Part shown: positions 58,371-64,000 of the stretch, piece by piece
Layout of the letters: every line of letters begins with the position of its first letter
Numbering within the stretch: the first letter of the stretch is position 1
NCBI GenBank assembly: GCA_027319565.1
Contig: DAHVNA010000002.1
Span: forward strand, 39,283 to 103,282
Reading direction: 5' to 3'
DNA: 64,000 bases
Source: Elusimicrobiota bacterium
GTDB taxonomy: Bacteria; Elusimicrobiota; Elusimicrobia; UBA1565; UBA9628
Notes under the pieces: generated by a model
The model's input: only the letters and a program-made list of their open reading frames with translations
Told to the model about the DNA's origin: nothing
Databases searched by the model: none
Made by a program: the position numbers and the translations under genes

Positions 58371-58779
58371 ATCAAAAACCGTCTATGGATATGAAAAAGA
58401 ATTAGCTTTTTCCGGAAAGTCCGAAACCCTGCCGCCTCTTGAAACCTGGCCCAATCAGTATCAAGGCTATGAGATCAAAATCGAATGCCCCGAATTTACC
58501 TCGGTTTGTCCTAAAACCCACTTGCCTGATTTCGGGAAATTGACGCTGACCTATTTTCCCGATCAACTCTGCGTCGAGCTCAAATCCTTCAAATACTACC
58601 TTCTCGCCTACAGAAATATGGGAATTTTTTACGAAAACGCCGTCAACCGTATTTTAGACGATATCGTCAAAGCGACGCGTCCCAAATGGGCGGTTTTAGA
58701 AGGCGCTTTTTCCACCCGGGGCGGGATGCATTCGACCATCACCGCACGGTATCCGCGGCGCGGAGGAAAGAAGCCTTAA
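58363..58779 (+). CDS. queF: NADPH-dependent 7-cyano-7-deazaguanine reductase
   Basis: Start at ATG 58363, with AGGAGA 8 nt upstream. QueF motif LCVELKSFKYYLLAY and a thioimide Cys region CPEFTSVCP. Confidence 0.85.
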   Translation: MPKSKTVYGYEKELAFSGKSETLPPLETWPNQYQGYEIKIECPEFTSVCPKTHLPDFGKLTLTYFPDQLCVELKSFKYYLLAYRNMGIFYENAVNRILDDIVKATRPKWAVLEGAFSTRGGMHSTITARYPRRGGKKP

Positions 58780-58785
58780 AAACCG

Positions 58786-59050
58786 CTAATCCAAGTTTTC
58801 GCTCTCGATCAGTTCTAATTTCCAGCGACGCTTCCATCCTTTAATGGTCTTTTCCCGCGCAATAGCCGATTCCATGCTTCCATGCAGTTCAAACCAGACG
58901 AGACTATGAACCTTGTATTTCTTGGTAAACCCCTCCACGACCTCGTTCTTATGTTCCCAGATGCGTTGAGGCAAGTTCGGAGGTCACTCCGACGTAAAGA
59001 GTTCCATTGCGGCGACTGGCAAGGATATAAACGCAGGGCTGCTTAGACAT
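58786..59050 (-). pseudogene. GIY-YIG nuclease family gene disrupted by a 1-nt frameshift
   Basis: Hand-translated from the minus strand. ATG at 59050 gives MSKQPCVYILASRRNGTLYVGVTSEL, which then drifts out of frame. The +1 frame continues as PQRIWEHKNEVVEGFTKKYKVHSLVWFELH...EKTIKGWKRRWKLELIE, the canonical C-terminal half. One extra base near 58977 separates the two halves. Confidence 0.55.
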
Positions 59051-59054
59051 GTTC

Positions 59055-59155
59055 TCTGGATTCCGGCTTTCGGACGCTCCCCAACGGACTTGGAAGCGGC
59101 GCTTCCTCGCCCATGCTCGGTCGGATTCCCCGCTAAAGACCGCGGGGAATGACGA
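59055..59155. repeat. Copy A of an ~80-bp repeat, carrying a 22-bp insertion, upstream of the GIY-YIG pseudogene
   Basis: About 90% identical to 59986-60066 (about 6 mismatches over 70 aligned nt). It contains the palindrome GGAAGCGGCGCTTCC. The insertion forms an extra hairpin, TTCCCCGC-N8-GCGGGGAA. Confidence 0.6.
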
Positions 59156-59226
59156 TGATTTTTGTCATGAGTATATCGTCGAGCACGGAGAACCACTAAA
59201 GAAATACAGACAACCTTGCCCTTTGA

Positions 59227-59892
59227 TTACGCAGATTCTATTTTTCCTTTCAGTTCCTTGACGATCAGCGCCATTTTTTGGCGTCCGTATTTCTTGTCAA
59301 ACTTGGCTGCGGATTGCTCCAAAAGTTTCAATTTCTTCTGCTTAGTATAATGCGATGAAGCATCCCAAAAATTTGGAAATTCCTGCGATAGTTCATACTC
59401 CAATTCTTCTTTGACTTTTAAATGCTCAAACTCATCCGTCCAGGTTTCTCCCTCGCGAGCGTAGTATGTCCCTTTGATTTCAGGAAAGGGTTCTTCTTTT
59501 TTCCTAAATGGCCAGAGGATTGTCACAATTGCCCAATAGAACGTAGAGCCTAATAAGAAAATGGTTCCAACCCAACTGGCCCAAACAACATGGCTGTTTG
59601 ACAAAATATCAAGAGATGGCCTTAGAATCAGCAAAGCTGAAATAAATATGGATAAAACGTATTTATCCTGATCCAAGGGGCGATTATGCGCCGTAATCAT
59701 CAGACAGGCGCCGACAATACCAACATCAGAAATTGCAAGCCATACCGGTATGTGAATTTGGAACCAATGGCTAATTGGATGCATTTCTGGTTCAAAAGCT
59801 GAGAACACTTCCATTAGCAGAAAAGCGATGATGAATACAAGTAGTATTCTGCGGTTATTATTTTTAAAAAACCAATTGAAGGGTTGTTTCAT
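59227..59892 (-). CDS. Hypothetical 4-TM membrane protein with charged C-terminal domain, in an AT-rich island
   Basis: 221 aa. The coding region is visibly AT-richer (about 40% GC) than its surroundings (about 50%). No recognised motif. Confidence 0.55.
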   Translation of the reverse strand: MKQPFNWFFKNNNRRILLVFIIAFLLMEVFSAFEPEMHPISHWFQIHIPVWLAISDVGIVGACLMITAHNRPLDQDKYVLSIFISALLILRPSLDILSNSHVVWASWVGTIFLLGSTFYWAIVTILWPFRKKEEPFPEIKGTYYAREGETWTDEFEHLKVKEELEYELSQEFPNFWDASSHYTKQKKLKLLEQSAAKFDKKYGRQKMALIVKELKGKIESA

Positions 59893-59985
59893 TAGGTTCT
59901 ACTTGAAGCTATAACTGGACCAGCCTCGCCGAAACTCGGTCGCAATCCGTAGGCCGGGGCCCAAAACCAAGGCGATTCGCTCGGG

Positions 59986-60066
59986 TCTGGATTCCAGCTT
60001 TCGGCCGCTCCCCAACGGACTTGGAAGCGGCACTTCCTCGCCAATACTTGGTCGCCGGAATGACGA
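59986..60066. repeat. Copy B of the ~80-bp repeat, 5' of the 59227-59892 gene
   Basis: See copy A. It lies about 95 nt upstream of the membrane-protein start codon. Confidence 0.6.
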
Positions 60067-60101
60067 AAAAGTTAGCGATCCTCCCTATTTCCCTTCTGCG
60101 T

Positions 60102-61067
60102 TCATTTGCCTGCGGAATTTTTGGATTCATTTTCCTCCGCGCAAGAGTCTTGGGCTTCCATCAAAAACTTCCGGGCCGCCGCGCGGACGGTAGAATCGGG
60201 GTTTTTAAGTTCCTTTTGAATCTCTAAAACCGCTTTTTTCCCTCCAAGGCGGCACAAGAGATTTAAAGCCAGAACTTCGTTATTGGGGAATCTGGATTCC
60301 GATGAAACGGCGCCTTGAGCTTTTGAAAAAAAGTCAAAGGCGCCAGGCAGTTTTCTTTGAGATTGTTTTAAAAGCGCTTTAAGAACTTCTTTTCTCATGG
60401 AGGAGCCTGGGGAATAGAAGACAAATAGGCGCCATAAGGCCGAAGAAGCCTTAAGAGAAAAAGATTCTCCCAGGGCTTTGACCGTTAAAATCGCCAGGAC
60501 CCGGTTTTTATCCGCGGGATGATCCCCAAAATCCTCAGCCTGTTTTAAAAGTAAATCCGTTTGAGGACAGCCGATTCTCGCGATTTCAAACAAGGTCTGT
60601 CCCAAGGTCAACTCCGGCAAATTTTTTTGAGAAAAATTTCGGCACAAGACTTCTCTGACCGCGCCCGCGGAAACGGGAGATTCTGAAATTAAGGAAGCCG
60701 CTTCCGAGCGCAAGACATCGGGCAGGGATGAATCGAGAAGGATTTTAGACAAAACCGGGAAAACTCCGGGGTCATGAATCAAACCCAAAAAATTGACGCA
60801 AAAAACCCGGGTTTTAAGCGGCCAATGGGAATCTTGAGCGACGGCGCCCAAGGGTTCTATCGCCTTCGCCTTTTGGCGGGCAATATGGACGCCCAATTTC
60901 TCTATCTTTTTATCTAACTCTTCAATCTTAAAAGAATTTTGCCCTTTTTCTTTAAGGACTAGGCGATTGATTTCATCAATCTGGGATTTAAGAGAATCCG
61001 CCTTCGCTTTTAAGCCCGAAGAAATAAAAATAAAAACACAAACAGCCGCGGTCTTTATATTTTTCAT
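60102..61067 (-). CDS. Hypothetical secreted alpha-helical repeat protein
   Basis: Signal peptide MKNIKTAAVCVFIFISSGLKAKA, then a coiled-coil segment and helical repeats. Confidence 0.5.
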   Translation of the reverse strand: MKNIKTAAVCVFIFISSGLKAKADSLKSQIDEINRLVLKEKGQNSFKIEELDKKIEKLGVHIARQKAKAIEPLGAVAQDSHWPLKTRVFCVNFLGLIHDPGVFPVLSKILLDSSLPDVLRSEAASLISESPVSAGAVREVLCRNFSQKNLPELTLGQTLFEIARIGCPQTDLLLKQAEDFGDHPADKNRVLAILTVKALGESFSLKASSALWRLFVFYSPGSSMRKEVLKALLKQSQRKLPGAFDFFSKAQGAVSSESRFPNNEVLALNLLCRLGGKKAVLEIQKELKNPDSTVRAAARKFLMEAQDSCAEENESKNSAGK

Positions 61068-61471
61068 CACAATGGGCGAGAAATCATGCTCCAGAATTTT
61101 TGCGGATCCAAAATTTTTGCATTTTCTCTCCGAGCCTCTTGCGCCAGATCCTGATCCCGCGTCACCAGTGTCACCTTTTCCTTAAAATAAATCAGGGACC
61201 GGATGCGCTCAAGAATAATTGAATCCGCTTTCGCCTCGTCTGAAAAAATAACGCGAAGTTTTTGCCGGTTCACCTCCGGTATAGCCCGGTAAAACCCGTC
61301 AAAAACCAGCTCAATTGAAAATTCCGAAGTCCCAAGAGTCCACTCGTTCAAAGCGGAAATAAAATCCCAGGCGCAACGGTTTTGTTCTTTGAGGGTTTCC
61401 GGCCACGGGCCAAAGACGGCATAAACGGCGTTGGAGCCGTCGATGAGAAAAGTGCGCGAAGGCCGCAGCAT
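61067..61471 (-). CDS. NYN/PIN-like domain protein (YacP-like)
   Basis: TFLIDGSNAVYA and ...LVTRDQDL are consistent with a YacP/NYN ribonuclease-fold family. Low certainty. Confidence 0.45.
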   Translation of the reverse strand: MLRPSRTFLIDGSNAVYAVFGPWPETLKEQNRCAWDFISALNEWTLGTSEFSIELVFDGFYRAIPEVNRQKLRVIFSDEAKADSIILERIRSLIYFKEKVTLVTRDQDLAQEARRENAKILDPQKFWSMISRPL

Positions 61472-61477
61472 CAGCCC

Positions 61478-61966
61478 CTATTGCGTAATAGCCTTAACGA
61501 CCGCTAAAGCGACCTCATCTGCATTTTTGAAAACCTTTTTGCGCCCCGAGGGCCGGATAATTCCCCGCAAGACCTGTTCCCCCATATTGGTCTCAAACAT
61601 CATGACAAAGGCCGCGCTCCAGTCCGGAGACATCCGTCCGATAATGACGGCGTCCGCCGAGGTTTGATTGCGAATGAGTTGGAGAGTCTCCAAACTATAG
61701 CCAAAATCCTTGCTGGGCTTATGCTGGGCGAGAATCTTGGCGATGACCTTGCCATCGACTGGGTTATAAGTCAAGGCCGCCAGATCACGATTGACAGCAT
61801 CGGCGATTTTTTGGCCTTGGCCCCGAGGATCTACAAAGGCGGGAACGCCGATAGCGCGGTAACTGCCAAAACCCGCTTCGTCATCGCGTTTGATGACAGA
61901 GCGCGAATGAGCGCAACCAAAAAGCCCCAAACAGGCCAGAGCCAGCGCAAGACGGCTGTTTCGCAT
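61478..61966 (-). CDS. Hypothetical lipoprotein
   Basis: Lipobox LFGC. 162 aa. Confidence 0.5.
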   Translation of the reverse strand: MRNSRLALALACLGLFGCAHSRSVIKRDDEAGFGSYRAIGVPAFVDPRGQGQKIADAVNRDLAALTYNPVDGKVIAKILAQHKPSKDFGYSLETLQLIRNQTSADAVIIGRMSPDWSAAFVMMFETNMGEQVLRGIIRPSGRKKVFKNADEVALAVVKAITQ

Positions 61967-61971
61967 AGAAA

Positions 61972-62250
61972 TCAGCTTCGGCTGGTGACCTCGACCAAGT
62001 GATAGCCGAATTGAGTTTTAACCGGGCCTTGCACCTTGCCGATTTCCGCGCTAAAAACCACCTTGTCGAATTCTGGCACCATTTCCCCGGGGCCGAATTC
62101 GCCCAGGTTTCCGCCTTGTTTGCTTGAGGGGCAGGAAGAGTGCTTTTTCGCCATTTCGGCGAAATCAGCTCCGGCCTCGATTTGTTTTTTCAATTCCTCG
62201 CATTTTTCCTTGGTCGAAACTAAGATGTGACGCGCTTTGGCTCTAGACAT
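61972..62250 (-). CDS. ppiC: Parvulin-type peptidyl-prolyl cis-trans isomerase
   Basis: 92 aa with ARHILV...GGNLGEF...GYHLVEV, the classic PpiC pattern. Confidence 0.85.
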   Translation of the reverse strand: MSRAKARHILVSTKEKCEELKKQIEAGADFAEMAKKHSSCPSSKQGGNLGEFGPGEMVPEFDKVVFSAEIGKVQGPVKTQFGYHLVEVTSRS

Positions 62251-62317
62251 ATTACCCTCCTTTAATTTAAAGCGACGCTTTTATCATATTATTTTTTAAA
62301 TGAGATAATATATCGCC

Positions 62318-63109
62318 ATGCCTTTTTTAATGCCTGTCGCCTTCGTCAGCGATTTTGGGCCGATGCCGGCGTTTGAAGACGATGATTACACCAAGGCCCT
62401 CGAAATCTTAGGAAGGGAACTCCCGCGGCCAAACGGAATTTTGGCGATGTCCGGGCATTGGGACACCGGAAATGGCCCCCTTGAGGCGACGGCCTCTCTT
62501 TCTCCCGAGACCATTTACGATTACTACGGTTTCCCGCGAGAATTTTACGATAAGAAATACCCCTGTCTCGGAGACCCTCAACTCGCCCAAGAAGCGGTCC
62601 ATTTACTTTTGGGAGCGAACATAAAAGCTCAAGTCAACCAAAGCCGCGGCCTTGACCACGGCGTCTGGGTTTCTCTGTCCCGCATTTATCCCAAGGCCGA
62701 TATCCCGGTGGTTCAATTGTCGGTTCCGGCCGGTCAAAATCCCGAAAAAATAATTCAGATGGGAAAAACCCTCTCTGATTTAAGAAAGAAAAACATTTTA
62801 ATTCTTTCCTGCGGGGCCCTTATTCACAATCTCAGGCGCGTCCATTTTGAGGGGAAAAACGATCCCCCAGATTCCTGGGCCACGGAGTTTGATCAATGGC
62901 TTGAGCCAAAAATTGATGCCGGAGACGTCAAAGGTCTTAAAAAATACAAAGAACTTGCGCCCCATGCCGCATTGGCCGCGCCCACTCCCGAGCATTTTGA
63001 CCCGCTTTTTTTCGCCCTGGGAGCCGGACTCGGAGGAAAAATCAAGCGCCGGTTTCGTTCAATCCGTTATGGAAACGGGCTTTTGTTGATTTTCACGATG
63101 GACTCTTGA
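62318..63109 (+). CDS. ygiD: Class III extradiol ring-cleavage dioxygenase (LigB/YgiD, DOPA-dioxygenase-like)
   Basis: AMSGHWDT, LDHGVWV and ILSCGALIHNL motifs, with metal ligands placed as in the LigB family. Confidence 0.8.
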   Translation: MPFLMPVAFVSDFGPMPAFEDDDYTKALEILGRELPRPNGILAMSGHWDTGNGPLEATASLSPETIYDYYGFPREFYDKKYPCLGDPQLAQEAVHLLLGANIKAQVNQSRGLDHGVWVSLSRIYPKADIPVVQLSVPAGQNPEKIIQMGKTLSDLRKKNILILSCGALIHNLRRVHFEGKNDPPDSWATEFDQWLEPKIDAGDVKGLKKYKELAPHAALAAPTPEHFDPLFFALGAGLGGKIKRRFRSIRYGNGLLLIFTMDS

Positions 63110-63149
63110 TGAAATTCCATTTGTCTGTTACTCTAGGGAAAGACCAAGT

Positions 63150-64000
63150 ATGAAAAGAACGATTGAGAGAATTTTTAGGGGCGCTCCCGAGCATTGGGTG
63201 GGAAACGGCTTTCATGTCAGCAATTATTTTCCCTCCGCGACCGATTTTGAAAAAAGGATGAGCCCTTTTTTTCTTTTGGATTATCAAAAACCGGAAAATT
63301 ACTCCCCCACGAACCGACGCCGCGGCGTAGGAACCCATCCCCACCGGGGATTTGAAACGGTCACAATCGCCTATCAAGGCTCTATCGCCCATCACGACAG
63401 CGCCGGAAACGGGGGAATTATCTATCCCGGCGAAGTTCAATGGATGACCGCCGGCGGGGGAATTCTCCATAACGAATACCATGAGGAAAATTTCTCCAAA
63501 ACAGGCGGGCTTATGCATATGATTCAAATTTGGGTCAATCTCCCCAAAAAGCACAAGATCACCGCTCCCAAATATCAGCCGCTGACCGGAAAAGAGATTC
63601 AAGAGCTTCTTTTGCCTGACAAGGCGGGGAAAATCCGCATTATTTCCGGCTCATATGAAAACCTTAAGGGCCCGGCCTTGACCTTTACGCCGGTTGAGAT
63701 GTTAGACATTCGCTTGAATCCCAACGCCCGCCTTCGGCTGACGGCCCCTAAAGATTTTAACGCCGCATTGCTTGTTCTTGAGGGTTCGATTAAAACCAAC
63801 GGCTCCCGGGAAATCTCGCCGGGCGAATTTATCTTATTTAAAAACGACGGCGATGAGATTTTTGTCGAATCAAGCGAACCCGCGACCCTTCTCTTTTTAA
63901 GCGGAGCTCCCATTGAGGAGCCCCTGGTCCATTACGGCCCTTTCGTGATGAATTCCGTTGATGAAATCAATCAGGCCATCGAAGATTTCAACAACGGAAA
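63150..64000 (+). CDS. Pirin family protein (3' end beyond window)
   Basis: ATG at 63150. It carries HPHRGFETVTIAYQG (cupin metal site), and the ORF is open to the window edge. Confidence 0.8.
   Translation, partial: MKRTIERIFRGAPEHWVGNGFHVSNYFPSATDFEKRMSPFFLLDYQKPENYSPTNRRRGVGTHPHRGFETVTIAYQGSIAHHDSAGNGGIIYPGEVQWMTAGGGILHNEYHEENFSKTGGLMHMIQIWVNLPKKHKITAPKYQPLTGKEIQELLLPDKAGKIRIISGSYENLKGPALTFTPVEMLDIRLNPNARLRLTAPKDFNAALLVLEGSIKTNGSREISPGEFILFKNDGDEIFVESSEPATLLFLSGAPIEEPLVHYGPFVMNSVDEINQAIEDFNNG

Noticed and set aside
58975-58986. In-frame TGA between the GIY-YIG halves read as a recoded (Sec/Gly/Trp) codon
   Set aside because: TGA is used as a normal stop by many well-supported genes in the window (truB, ctpA, tsaC). 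There is no SECIS-like hairpin. A 1-nt frameshift explains both halves better.
59055-60066. Possible CRISPR array
   Set aside because: There are only two copies, each 80-100 bp long and imperfect, separated by a 0.9 kb protein-coding gene. No regular spacer periodicity and no cas genes are present.

Overview
Dense 64 kb bacterial chromosomal window of roughly 50% GC, about 70 genes and very little non-coding sequence. Many gene pairs share 4-nt stop/start overlaps (ATGA or TTGA), which suggests translational coupling. Several starts are TTG or GTG. Recognisable housekeeping blocks are: guaA plus a CBS-less IMPDH-family gene; an AddA-like helicase-nuclease, secG and tRNA-Leu(GAG); the rimP-nusA-[pentapeptide-repeat protein]-infB-rbfA-truB-riboflavin kinase operon; an FtsX-like/EnvC-like M23/CtpA/TsaD cluster; a pterin/folate patch (QueD/PTPS, SDR, tlyA, folD); a Cu(I) P-type ATPase; nagZ, bioY, cspA and coaD; the rsmI-tsaC-glyA-mtnP-cdd-[BCCP-like]-accC run; ppiC, an extradiol dioxygenase and pirin. 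Accessory or unusual patches are listed in order. (1) A Ser/Thr signalling operon: a CHASE2-sensor Hanks kinase, a PP2C phosphatase and an FHA protein. (2) Scattered lipid-linked glycosylation genes: two GT-C ArnT/PMT-like membrane glycosyltransferases, two GT2 polyprenyl-phosphate sugar synthase-like genes and a tiny membrane protein. (3) A plus-strand lipoprotein operon with an intact C39-like Cys/His/Asp peptidase lipoprotein, a Cys-rich protein with a Tyr/Gly-rich tail, two further lipoproteins, a P1B-type ATPase paralog with degenerate CPC and GDGxND motifs, and queF. (4) An AT-rich ~1 kb cassette that encodes a 4-TM protein, is bracketed by two ~90%-identical 80-100 bp repeats and lies next to a frameshifted GIY-YIG nuclease gene. 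(5) An HNH endonuclease coupled to a metallophosphoesterase. (6) A perfect 11-bp inverted repeat upstream of copA. (7) A BCCP-like gene lacking the canonical AMKM biotinylation motif. I saw no CRISPR array, rRNA or obvious transposase. I ran no database searches. All family calls come from motif recognition in the translated ORFs.
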